From assembly GCA_045643725.1 (NCBI GenBank), contig JAZRFQ010000040.1:3945-67944 (forward strand): DNA of 64,000 bases, given 5' to 3'. Shown piece by piece: positions 17,779-26,036 of the stretch. This stretch comes from Eubacteriales bacterium. Lineage in GTDB: Bacteria > Bacillota > Clostridia > Oscillospirales > CAG-272. Under the pieces are notes generated by a model. That model had not been told where the DNA came from. It ran no database searches and saw only the letters and a program-made list of their open reading frames with translations. Both the position numbers and the translations under genes were made by a program. How positions within the stretch are numbered: position 1 is the stretch's first letter; each line of letters begins with the position of its first letter.

Positions 17779-18843
17779 TCATACCTTGTCAGCCTTCTGG
17801 TCGCAGTAGATGCAGCATCCGTTCTTGAAGAGAAGCTTGATTCCGCGCTCGGTGCGGCTGATACAATGGGGATTGTTGCAGACGAGGCTCGCATCGGGAG
17901 CAGCGTCACCGCCGCGGCGATCGTCGATGCCCTTGGTCCCCAGAAGCATAAGAATGAGCGCCATTCTGATGTATCTGCCGCCCTCCGCCTGCTCAAAGTA
18001 AGCGGCTCTCGGGTCATCGTCAACGTCAACGGCGATCTCGGTTACACGGGGAAGGGGATGGAGAATGCAGAGGCTCTCCTTTGCAGAAACAAGATTCGCG
18101 GCGCGAAGCTCGTAGCAGTCCTTGAGGCGCTCGTACTCGTCACGGTCGGCGAATCTCTCGGCCTGGATTCTCGTCATATAGAGGATGTCAAGCTCGGGGA
18201 TAGCCTCCTCGAGTGAGGTCACCTCGCGGTACTCGCATCCGCACTTGTCGAGGAAGTCTGCCTTCACGTAGTCGGGGAGCTTCAGCTCCTCGGGCGAGAT
18301 GAGCACGAACTTAACGTTCGCATAGCGAGTCATCGCGCTGATGAGCGAGTGCACGGTTCTGCCGTACTTGAGGTCGCCGCAGATACCTACGGTGAGTCCC
18401 TCGAATCTGCCGCATCTGCGCTTGATGGTGAGAAGGTCGGTGAGAGTCTGCGTGGGATGATAGTGTCCGCCGTCGCCTGCGTTGATGACGGGAACGTTCG
18501 ACACGGTGGATGCAACGATAGGTGCGCCCTCCTTGGGATGACGCATCGCGATGATGTCGGTGTAGCCCGATACCATACGGATGGTGTCGGAGAGAGTCTC
18601 GCCCTTTGTGACGGAGGAGCTTCCTGCCGAGTCAAAGCCGAGAACGTTGCCGCCGAGGCTCATCATAGCAGACGTGAAGCTAAGACGAGTTCTGGTCGAG
18701 GGCTCGAAGAATAGGGTAGCGAGGATCTTGCCTCGCGCCGCCTCCGCGTACTTTTCGGGTTTGTCTATGATGTCGAGGGCGACCGAGACGAGCTCGTCTA
18801 TCTCCTCGGTGGTAAAGTCAAGAATATCAACAAGATTTCTCAT
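17779..18843 (-). CDS. pyrB: Aspartate carbamoyltransferase catalytic chain fused to a PyrI-type zinc domain
   Basis: [16 protein letters not shown] and HPLPR catalytic motifs. There is an extra tail of about 45 aa, [30 protein letters not shown], resembling the PyrI zinc domain (CxxxxC...CxxC). Confidence 0.9.
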   Translation of the reverse strand: MRNLVDILDFTTEEIDELVSVALDIIDKPEKYAEAARGKILATLFFEPSTRTRLSFTSAMMSLGGNVLGFDSAGSSSVTKGETLSDTIRMVSGYTDIIAMRHPKEGAPIVASTVSNVPVINAGDGGHYHPTQTLTDLLTIKRRCGRFEGLTVGICGDLKYGRTVHSLISAMTRYANVKFVLISPEELKLPDYVKADFLDKCGCEYREVTSLEEAIPELDILYMTRIQAERFADRDEYERLKDCYELRAANLVSAKESLCILHPLPRVTEIAVDVDDDPRAAYFEQAEGGRYIRMALILMLLGTKGIDDRRGGDAAPDASLVCNNPHCISRTERGIKLLFKNGCCIYCDQKADKV

Positions 18844-18865
18844 TTATATCTCCAGTGGTGGATTT

Positions 18866-18883
18866 TGTAAAGTTTTGTTTACA
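18866..18883. repeat. 18-bp palindrome family copy (TGTAAAGTTTTGTTTACA)
   Basis: Lies between the pyrE stop (18888) and the pyrB start (18843). Confidence 0.65.
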
Positions 18884-18887
18884 AATC

Positions 18888-19544
18888 TTATGCCTTTGCG
18901 CCGTAAACCTCAAGATACTTCTTGATGCGGTCTACGTTCTCGCGGTTTTCGGGATTCTCCTCGAGGTACTCGATGATGTCGTAGACGTCAACGATAGAGT
19001 AAACGGGGAAGCCGAACTGCTCCTCGATCTCAACCATAGCACCTTTTTCACCCTGACCCTTTTCCTTGCGGTCAACCATGATGAAGGTTGCGGCAACCTT
19101 TGTGCCCTCGAGGTGAGAGAGGATCTCCATGGACTCGCGGATCGCAGTGCCTGCGGTGATAACGTCCTCGATGATTACGATCTCCTCGCCGGGAGTGGGA
19201 ACGTATCCTACGAAAACGCCGCCCTCGCCGTGATCCTTAACCTCTTTTCTGTTGAAGAAGAAGGGAACGTTGAGACCCTTCTTGGAGAGTGCGACCGCCG
19301 CGGAAACCGAGAGCGAGATGCCCTTGTATGCAGGGCCGTAGAGAACCGACTTCTTCTCGCCGAGACGCTCGAGGTATGCCTTCGCATAGAACTCACCGAG
19401 AGTGGCGATGTCAGAGCCGGTCTTAATCATACCTGCATTGATGAAGTAGGGGATCTTACGTCCCGACTTTGCGGTGAAGTCACCGAACTTGAGAACGCCG
19501 GCGTTCTCAAGGAACTGTATAAATTCTCTCTTGTAGCTTTCCAT
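18888..19544 (-). CDS. pyrE: Orotate phosphoribosyltransferase
   Basis: KFGDFTAKSGRKIPYF and the PRPP loop IVIIEDVITAGTAI. Confidence 0.9.
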   Translation of the reverse strand: MESYKREFIQFLENAGVLKFGDFTAKSGRKIPYFINAGMIKTGSDIATLGEFYAKAYLERLGEKKSVLYGPAYKGISLSVSAAVALSKKGLNVPFFFNRKEVKDHGEGGVFVGYVPTPGEEIVIIEDVITAGTAIRESMEILSHLEGTKVAATFIMVDRKEKGQGEKGAMVEIEEQFGFPVYSIVDVYDIIEYLEENPENRENVDRIKKYLEVYGAKA

Positions 19545-19652
19545 TTTTATATCTCCTTAAAACCTTAAAACTTAACACGGGTACACCCTTTTGACGCTAA
19601 AACTCGCAACGGGTGCGTTTTTTTATGATTTATTTCATATGGGATGGTAGAT

Positions 19653-20213
19653 TTAGCCTAGCTTTTCCGCCACACGGCGTATTACGCCCTCGATTATATC
19701 TGCAGTGAAGGCAATACCCTCTGCCGAGAGGTGAACTCTGTCGTCGGACACGTACTTGTCGACGTCAGGGAGCATCGCAGAATAGAGATCGTTGATAACG
19801 ACGCCCATCTCATGAAGCTTTGGCACTATCGCGGCGTTATACTCCTCGATGATCTTGTTGCCGTCGGAGGAGCCGCCGTATCTCACGGGAGTGATGGTCG
19901 CAAAGATAACGACCTTCGCTCGCGCCTTGAGCAGTCTTGCTATGCGGAGCATATTTTCGGTGAATTCCTCAACCGACGAGAATGGCCCGTCGCCGAAAAC
20001 GTCCCAGGTGTCCCACAGACCGTTGTTCCAATGTATGATGTCAGCGCCCTTCATATCCTCGCGCCAGTCGTAGAGACCGCGGAGGGTGTGCTTGGCGAAT
20101 CGGCAGTTTTCAAGAGGCTGCCAAACCTCAAAATCACCCGAGAGGCGTGACTCAACCGTCTTGCCGTAGCCGATAAGACGTATCGAGTCGCCGAGAAGTA
20201 CTACCTTTTTCAT
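19653..20213 (-). CDS. SGNH/GDSL-family hydrolase
   Basis: VVLLGDSI (block I Ser), NNGLWD (block III) and D..VHLS (block V Asp/His). Confidence 0.7.
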   Translation of the reverse strand: MKKVVLLGDSIRLIGYGKTVESRLSGDFEVWQPLENCRFAKHTLRGLYDWREDMKGADIIHWNNGLWDTWDVFGDGPFSSVEEFTENMLRIARLLKARAKVVIFATITPVRYGGSSDGNKIIEEYNAAIVPKLHEMGVVINDLYSAMLPDVDKYVSDDRVHLSAEGIAFTADIIEGVIRRVAEKLG

Positions 20214-20217
20214 ATTA

Positions 20218-20916
20218 TCAACCGATGAACTCGGCGCAGCATCTCTCGTATGCCGCTACGGGATCCTCTGCCGCGGTGATGGGTCTGCCGACTACGATGT
20301 AGTCAGAGCCGATCTCTCTTGCCGCCGCGGGAGTCATAACTCTCTTCTGGTCGCCGATATCGCCGTCAGCGAATCTCACGCCGGGAGTAACGGTAACGAA
20401 GGACTTGCCGCAGGTGTCGTGCACCTTGCTTGCCTCGAGAGGAGAGCAGACGACGCCGTCGAGACCTGCCTCCATCGCACAGTGAGCGTAGTGCATAACC
20501 ACCTTGTCGATGGGCTCCTTGATGAGAAGATCATTTTCCATAGCCTCCTGGTCGGTGGAGGTGAGCTGTGTTACCGCGATGAGCATGGGGCGAGTGCCGT
20601 CGGGACGTGTGAGACCCTCGATTGCCGCCTCCATCATACGCTTTGTGCCTGCGGCGTGCAGGTTCGTCATATCTACGTCAAGACGGGAGAGAACCGCCAT
20701 CGCCTTCTTTACGGTGTTGGGAATATCGTGGAGCTTCAGATCGAGGAAGATCTTGTGGCCTCTTGCCTTGATCTCTCTCACGATAGAGGGGCCCTCTGCG
20801 TAGTAGAGCTCCATACCGATCTTTACGAAGGGCTTTTTGCCGGTGAATTTGTCGAGAAATGCAAATGTTTTTTCCGCGCTGTCAAAGTCGCAGGCGATGA
20901 TAACGTCTTTTCCCAT
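20218..20916 (-). CDS. pyrF: Orotidine 5'-phosphate decarboxylase
   Basis: [18 protein letters not shown] and VVGRPI motifs. Starts at the internal ATG 20916; the upstream 21 codons of the track ORF are AT-rich promoter sequence. Confidence 0.9.
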   Translation of the reverse strand: MGKDVIIACDFDSAEKTFAFLDKFTGKKPFVKIGMELYYAEGPSIVREIKARGHKIFLDLKLHDIPNTVKKAMAVLSRLDVDMTNLHAAGTKRMMEAAIEGLTRPDGTRPMLIAVTQLTSTDQEAMENDLLIKEPIDKVVMHYAHCAMEAGLDGVVCSPLEASKVHDTCGKSFVTVTPGVRFADGDIGDQKRVMTPAAAREIGSDYIVVGRPITAAEDPVAAYERCCAEFIG

Positions 20917-20950
20917 TTTGAGACATCCTTTCAAAATTTTTATCGCAAAT

Positions 20951-20979
20951 ATTTTAGCACATTTTATAGCTAAAATCAA
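20951..20979 (-). promoter_or_regulatory. Sigma-A-type promoter of the pyrF-SGNH-pyrE-pyrB operon
   Basis: On the minus strand: TTGATT, 17-nt spacer, TAAAAT. Confidence 0.6.
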
Positions 20980-21025
20980 TAGTAAAAGTAAAAATAAGTA
21001 GGCTAAAATGGTACAATTAGCGATA

Positions 21026-21054
21026 TTGACAAATTTTTGACAATATGGTATACT
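21026..21054 (+). promoter_or_regulatory. Sigma-A-type promoter of the SDR gene
   Basis: TTGACA, 17-nt spacer, TATACT, with an upstream TG (extended -10). Confidence 0.65.
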
Positions 21055-21099
21055 GTTTTCGTTGAAATAAAAAATAAAAATCGAAAGGAAACTAAAAAA

Positions 21100-21867
21100 A
21101 TGAGATTAGAGAACAAGGTTGCAGTAGTTACCGGCGCATCCAGCGGCGTAGGCAGAGAGATCGCTCGCCTCTTCGCAAAGGAGGGTGCAAAGGTAGTTGC
21201 AGTTGCAAGAAGAGCAGACAGACTCGCAGCTCTTGAGGAGGAGAGCAAGGCTCTCGCAGGCGAGATCGTAGCATTCGCAGGCGATATTTCCCTCGAGGAG
21301 ACCAACGAGAAGATGATCGACTTCGCTATCGAGAAGTTCGGCAGATTCGACATCCTTATCAACAACGCAGGCCTTATGGACAACTTTGCTCCCGCAGAGA
21401 ACCTCGACACCGAGCTTCTTGAGCGTCTTATGAAGGTTGACGTTTACGGCCCCGCTTTCGCTACCCGCAAGGCAGTCAGAGTATTCCTCGAGAAGGAGTG
21501 CGCAGGTAGCATCGTTAACGTAGCTTCCATCGCAGGCATCTGCGGCGGCAAGAGCGGATGTGCTTACACTATGGCAAAGCACGCTGTTATCGGTCTCACC
21601 AAGAACACCGCTTTCGCATACCGTCTTAACAACATCCGTTGCAACGCAATCTGCCCCGGCGGAATCAACACCGAGATGACCGATCCCGCACTCTTCGCTA
21701 CCGCTGACCAGAAGGGTCTTCAGAGCGCAATGCTCTCCATGCACTTCGGCACCAGAAGCGCTGAGGCTATCGAGATCGCAGACATCGCGCTCTTCCTCGC
21801 AAGCGACGCCGCAGCAGTGGTTAACGGCGCTATCGTTACCGCAGACAGCGGACTTACCTCCTTCTAA
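21100..21867 (+). CDS. Short-chain dehydrogenase/reductase (SDR) family oxidoreductase
   Basis: [12 protein letters not shown] cofactor motif, NNAG, and catalytic Y..xK (YTMAKHAV). Starts at ATG 21100. Confidence 0.85.
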   Translation: MRLENKVAVVTGASSGVGREIARLFAKEGAKVVAVARRADRLAALEEESKALAGEIVAFAGDISLEETNEKMIDFAIEKFGRFDILINNAGLMDNFAPAENLDTELLERLMKVDVYGPAFATRKAVRVFLEKECAGSIVNVASIAGICGGKSGCAYTMAKHAVIGLTKNTAFAYRLNNIRCNAICPGGINTEMTDPALFATADQKGLQSAMLSMHFGTRSAEAIEIADIALFLASDAAAVVNGAIVTADSGLTSF

Positions 21868-21887
21868 TTGGTAGATATTTACAAAAA

Positions 21888-21916
21888 AGAGCACTCCGAC
21901 GGAGTGCTCTTTTTTT
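21888..21916 (+). terminator. Rho-independent terminator after the SDR gene
   Basis: AGAGCACTCC-GAC-GGAGTGCTCT stem followed by TTTTTT. Confidence 0.9.
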
Positions 21917-21979
21917 CTTGACTTGCGGCTTGGTTTGTGATAGAATGAAGTAAAGAAAACTGTAAAGCGGAGGCTTTTT

Positions 21980-22501
21980 ATGAAGAAAATTCTTGTAGTC
22001 GTTGATATGCAGAATGATTTTATAGACGGCGCTCTCGGCACGCCCGAGGCGGTCGCCATCGTTCCTTATGTGAAGGAGCTGATCGAGGGCTTCGACGGCA
22101 AGGTGCTCTTTACCCGCGACACTCACTGCGAGAACTATATGGATACCGAGGAGGGCAGAAATCTCCCCGTGCCTCATTGCATTAAGGGCACGGACGGTTG
22201 GCAGATCAGAGCCGAGCTCGACGCCCTGCGTACCACCGAGGCTATCGATAAGATCACCTTCGGCTCTCGCGACCTCGTTGACGTCCTCGCCGCCGAGGGC
22301 GAGATCGAGAGCATCACCTTCGTCGGTTTGTGCACCGACATCTGCGTTATCTCTAACGCAATGGTTGTCAAGGCCTTCTATCCCGAGATCCCCCTGACCG
22401 TCGACGCCAAGGCCTGCGCCGGCGTTACCCCCGAGAGCCACGTCCGCGCCCTCGCGGCGATGAAGGTGTGCCAGATCAAGGTTGTGAATGAGGAGAAATA
22501 A
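21980..22501 (+). CDS. Isochorismatase-family cysteine hydrolase (nicotinamidase-like)
   Basis: ILVVVDMQNDF and the catalytic Cys context FVGLCTDICV. Confidence 0.75.
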   Translation: MKKILVVVDMQNDFIDGALGTPEAVAIVPYVKELIEGFDGKVLFTRDTHCENYMDTEEGRNLPVPHCIKGTDGWQIRAELDALRTTEAIDKITFGSRDLVDVLAAEGEIESITFVGLCTDICVISNAMVVKAFYPEIPLTVDAKACAGVTPESHVRALAAMKVCQIKVVNEEK

Positions 22502-22503
22502 CT

Positions 22504-23013
22504 ATGTTTCTAACTAAAAAAAGCGTCGTAAAGATAGCACTTATGGCAATACTCTATTTTCTGATAGGAAGCGTCAGTATAGCGTTTGGAGTGTGTTTTA
22601 ATTCGCTTGGCTTGTATGATAGTTCGTTTTTCGTCATAGGCATTATTTTGTACCTTGTTTGTCCGCTGATCGTTTTATGGGGACGCTATTCGGAGGGTGT
22701 TGGAAAAGTGGTCGCCCGCTATAACAAGCTGGTGCGACGGGAACTGAAGCCTGCCGAGTTTATAAAAGAGTATGAGGAGCTGAAGGCCTCACCGAAGCTC
22801 GTTGTTTGTAAGCCTAGGTATGATCTTCTCGGTTGCCTTTGTGTTGCTTACGAGTGTCTGGACGATCACGAAAGTGCGCTCTCGGTTGCCGAAGAGGCGA
22901 TTTCCGTTGCCGGAAAGAAGAAAAGCCGCGCGCTGCTGCTGAAGGCATCGCTTCTGTACTCCTGCGGCAGAGTAGATGAGGCCGAGCGCATTCTTGAAGA
23001 GGTAGAGCGCTAA
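22504..23013 (+). CDS. Hypothetical membrane protein with a TPR-like C-terminal part (possibly the N-terminal piece of a split gene)
   Basis: Two TM helices followed by helical repeats. It is in the same frame as 23038..23304 and separated from it only by a TAA at 23011-23013. Confidence 0.4.
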   Translation: MFLTKKSVVKIALMAILYFLIGSVSIAFGVCFNSLGLYDSSFFVIGIILYLVCPLIVLWGRYSEGVGKVVARYNKLVRRELKPAEFIKEYEELKASPKLVVCKPRYDLLGCLCVAYECLDDHESALSVAEEAISVAGKKKSRALLLKASLLYSCGRVDEAERILEEVER

Positions 23014-23037
23014 AAGCCCGATCTTGTTTCCAAAGGC

Positions 23038-23304
23038 ATGATCGATATGATACGCAAAGGCGACAGAGCGATGGCTATCGGCGACTATAACACCGTGATT
23101 AACACGAGTCTTGTTCGTCTCGAACAAAAGTTTCCGAAGCTTGATAATCTCGCCGAGGTTGCGTTACACCACGTTATCGCGGAGGCGTATGAGAAGCTTG
23201 GCGATACAGAAAACGCGGGGACTTATTACCGCTATTGCGCGGAAAACGGCGGCGAAACGGCATATAAAGCTATCGCCGCATCAGCGCTTGAAAGACTAGA
23301 GTAA
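23038..23304 (+). CDS. Hypothetical TPR-like protein (possibly the C-terminal piece of a split gene)
   Basis: 88 aa, helical-repeat-like (AEAYEKLGDTENAGTYYRYCAENGG). Same frame as the upstream ORF. A terminator follows. Confidence 0.35.
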   Translation: MIDMIRKGDRAMAIGDYNTVINTSLVRLEQKFPKLDNLAEVALHHVIAEAYEKLGDTENAGTYYRYCAENGGETAYKAIAASALERLE

Positions 23305-23313
23305 ATGCACAAT

Positions 23314-23346
23314 ACCCCCGCCTCAAACGAGGCGGGGGTTCTCTTT
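23314..23346. terminator. Terminator between 23038..23304 (+) and 23379..24023 (-)
   Basis: CCCCCGCCTC-AAAC-GAGGCGGGGG stem followed by TTCTCTTTT. Confidence 0.8.
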
Positions 23347-23378
23347 TATGCGAACTATCGGAAAAGCGGCAAGGAGTG

Positions 23379-24023
23379 TTACTCAAATATCTCGATAAAG
23401 CACTTTTCTTTTTGCTTATCACAGTATTTGTAGATGTATTCGCAAAAAGCGCGGTACTCCTCTCGCGCGTCGCGGAGGGGAAGGGATAATACTATCGTTG
23501 TATCTGTGACCTTGCTGTGATCCAGCGCGCTGTAATTCGGACGTAAGCATTGCTTCCGCACGAAATATTCATCTTCGTTCTCTACGGTGAAATACATACA
23601 AGAATCATATTTTAAATAATGCCGTGGCCGTACGAGCATTGGCTTGTACGTATGATTAACAAGCCCGAACATTTCAACGTCCGACCATCTGATAAGATAC
23701 TCGCGCTTGAGATTCCTTAATATTACTCCGTTTTCATTGAGCTCAAAGCGAAAATGCTTGCGAATTTTCTTGATTTCTATGAGCAACAAAGGTGTCTGGA
23801 TTGCCGTTAGCACTATCCAAATTATACCCATTACTGCGATTCCGGTGTCTGCGCCACCAATGCCTTTAAAGCCGCAAACGGTTAGGAACACCGCCATAGA
23901 CATAACTATTGCGTGCGTTACAAAGAAAGCGATATAAAACGACTTGGTTAGCGGAACTAAAGTAAGTGTCAGCTTTTTTTCATCTCTTTCGACTGTATAA
24001 ATTTTTAGCCTTTCAAAATCCAC
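23379..24023 (-). CDS. Hypothetical membrane protein (possible bacterial PH-domain type)
   Basis: 214 aa. Two TM helices, then F.L.ENGVILRN...IRWSDVEMFG. Codon usage is AT-rich compared with its neighbours. Confidence 0.4.
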   Translation of the reverse strand: MDFERLKIYTVERDEKKLTLTLVPLTKSFYIAFFVTHAIVMSMAVFLTVCGFKGIGGADTGIAVMGIIWIVLTAIQTPLLLIEIKKIRKHFRFELNENGVILRNLKREYLIRWSDVEMFGLVNHTYKPMLVRPRHYLKYDSCMYFTVENEDEYFVRKQCLRPNYSALDHSKVTDTTIVLSLPLRDAREEYRAFCEYIYKYCDKQKEKCFIEIFE

Positions 24024-24114
24024 GCCGTTTCTCCTTTCTCAAGGTTGTCATGAAACTTCATCTGTAACAATTATAGCAAAAGAAGTTGTCATTGTCAACT
24101 CGCTCTCGCGTATT

Positions 24115-24146
24115 GAAAAAGCGGCTGTCTTCTACAAAACAGCCGC
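24115..24146 (-). terminator. Rho-independent terminator ending the U32-like/QueG-like operon
   Basis: GCGGCTGT/ACAGCCGC stem, followed on the minus strand by TTTTTC. Confidence 0.8.
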
Positions 24147-24148
24147 TA

Positions 24149-24166
24149 TGTAAACTATACTTTACT
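24149..24166. repeat. 18-bp palindrome family copy (TGTAAACTATACTTTACT)
   Basis: Overlaps the stop codon of QueG-like paralog A (24162-24164). It is nearly the reverse complement of the copy at 767-784. Confidence 0.65.
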
Positions 24167-25115
24167 TTTTCTCGATTACGTCGAAGTCCTCGAGGTCGAA
24201 GTGCCACTTATCGCGCTTGCGGAAGGGGGTCTTGAAGCTCTTTTTAAGGACGCCCTTTTCCTCAAGATGGACGTAGCAATCGCGGTCGCAGGCTCTGCCG
24301 CAGATGGAGCAGGTGTAGGAGTGCTGCGCCGGAGGATAGAAAAAGATGTTGTCGAGGATCTCTCGGGCGGTCTCGGGGGTGACCTTTGCCTCGCCGGCGA
24401 TGATCTCGAGTCGGTTCTCGAAGTTCGGGAATGCATCGGGGTTCATAAAGGGATTATAGAGGCCGTTTGCGCCGTTGTAATAAACCGCGCACTGCCAATT
24501 ATCGACCTTGCCTGTGACCTCGTCTATGGCGTGACCGGGACAGCCCTTTACGCATTCACGGCAGCCATCGCAGAGATGAGGCGTCACGACCTCGTCGGGC
24601 TCGATCTCGGCATCGGTGAGAATGAAGCAATATCTGACCATAGGGCCAAAATCATCGGTGAGAAGCGCACCGTGGAAGCCCTTTTCACCCACGCCGCACT
24701 TGACGGCGGAGTCGACGAAGTTCATCTGATTCTCCACGGTAACACCGCGATAGATAGAATCGTATGCAACCTCGGGGTTGGTGTCGTTCTCCTCTGCCAT
24801 AATGTTCTGGTGACGGCGCTGGGGAAGAGCCGTGAAGCCCTCACCCTCGATGAAGTTCGCGACCTTGATCTGCGCCATAGGCATAATGGTCTCCTCCATA
24901 TTCTCGACCGCCATTGTGGTGTACTGATAGAAGGTAGAGCCCTCCTCGATGCCGCGGTAGATGCCGCGAAGTACTCTGAACACAAGGCAGATGACCGTCT
25001 TGGTCTCGGGCATTATCTTGAAGATGGGATCGTCGGCATCGAATCTCGATGCAGGGGCGAAGCCTACAGCGTCGGCCCAGTTTTCCTTGGCTATTTCAAT
25101 AATTTTATTCTTCAT
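24162..25115 (-). CDS. QueG/RdhA-superfamily-like Fe-S protein, paralog A
   Basis: N-terminus IIEIAKENWADAVGFAP, central VKCGVGEKGFHGALLTDDFGPMVRYCFILTDAEIEPD, CDGCRECVKGCPGHAI (CxxCxxCxxxCP), then W.C and CSICGRACDRDC. No signal peptide. Confidence 0.6.
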   Translation of the reverse strand: MKNKIIEIAKENWADAVGFAPASRFDADDPIFKIMPETKTVICLVFRVLRGIYRGIEEGSTFYQYTTMAVENMEETIMPMAQIKVANFIEGEGFTALPQRRHQNIMAEENDTNPEVAYDSIYRGVTVENQMNFVDSAVKCGVGEKGFHGALLTDDFGPMVRYCFILTDAEIEPDEVVTPHLCDGCRECVKGCPGHAIDEVTGKVDNWQCAVYYNGANGLYNPFMNPDAFPNFENRLEIIAGEAKVTPETAREILDNIFFYPPAQHSYTCSICGRACDRDCYVHLEEKGVLKKSFKTPFRKRDKWHFDLEDFDVIEKK

Positions 25116-25127
25116 TTTTCGCCCTCC

Positions 25128-26024
25128 TTATATCTTGCCCTGGGACTTGAGGTGACGGTAGCAGGCGATGTCGCACTTCTTGCCGCAGAGGCAGGGCGCG
25201 TAGCCCCAATGAGTCTTGGGCAGGAACTCAAGCTCGGGATAGATGGCTCTCGCACTCACCGCGTTAAAGCGGTATTCGCCGTTCAGGATAGCCTCACGGT
25301 CGGGATTGCCTGCGAGGAAGTCCTCGGTCATAAGAGGGTTGGACTTGTGCGCGCCGCGGTAGTATACAGCACACTGCCAGGTGTCGAGGCCGCTCTCCGA
25401 GATAGCGTTGCCGGGGCAGGCCTTGATGCACTCGCCGCATCCGTCGCAGAGAACCTCGTCAAGAGGCTCGTCGCACTCGAGGGGCGCGTCGGTGATGATG
25501 AAGGCGTAGCGCATATAGGGGCCGTGATCCTTGGCGATGATTTTGCCGCTAAGGCCCATCTCGCCGATGCCGCAGGCGCGTGCCGCCTTGCCAAAGTCGA
25601 TGATAACGTCGGGCGCGGGCTTGCCGGGCGCAACGGGGTCGGAGATCAGCTCAAAGGTGTCGACGACCTCGGGGTTTGTGGTCTTGTCGCCCTTTGCCTT
25701 GAGGTTGGGTACGCTTCTTTGCAGGCAGGCGTCGTAGCCCTCGTTTTCTATAATATTGCCGATCTTGAAGAGGAAGATCTCTGCGAACTCCTCGTCGATG
25801 TACTTAACGCCCTCGGTAACGTAGGTGTAGTACTGACTGCCGCGCTCCATGGCAGCATAGAGTCCTCTGGGAACTGCAAAGCCAAAGCCGATAATGCACT
25901 TTGCAGCAGGGAGTATCATTTTAGGGTCTTTTTGAATATCGGGCTCGTCATAGACTCTGCCGATGCGGCAGACGGTCGCGCCGTATTCGATGGCTTTTTT
26001 CTTTATGTATTCAGCGGTTAACAT
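25128..26024 (-). CDS. QueG/RdhA-superfamily-like Fe-S protein, paralog B
   Basis: Same layout as paralog A: ARACGIGEMGLSGKIIAKDHGPYMRYAFIITDAPLECD, CDGCGECIKACPGNAI, WQC and CLCGKKCDIAC. An AAGGAGG RBS lies in the 12-nt gap after paralog C. Confidence 0.6.
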   Translation of the reverse strand: MLTAEYIKKKAIEYGATVCRIGRVYDEPDIQKDPKMILPAAKCIIGFGFAVPRGLYAAMERGSQYYTYVTEGVKYIDEEFAEIFLFKIGNIIENEGYDACLQRSVPNLKAKGDKTTNPEVVDTFELISDPVAPGKPAPDVIIDFGKAARACGIGEMGLSGKIIAKDHGPYMRYAFIITDAPLECDEPLDEVLCDGCGECIKACPGNAISESGLDTWQCAVYYRGAHKSNPLMTEDFLAGNPDREAILNGEYRFNAVSARAIYPELEFLPKTHWGYAPCLCGKKCDIACYRHLKSQGKI

Positions 26025-26036
26025 TTTCCGTCCTCC

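Noticed and set aside
21870-21887. A half-site ...ATATTTACA after the SDR stop, and a similar half-site at 5917-5927, as further copies of the 18-bp palindrome.
   Set aside because: Only one arm matches and the left arm is unrelated, so these are not counted.
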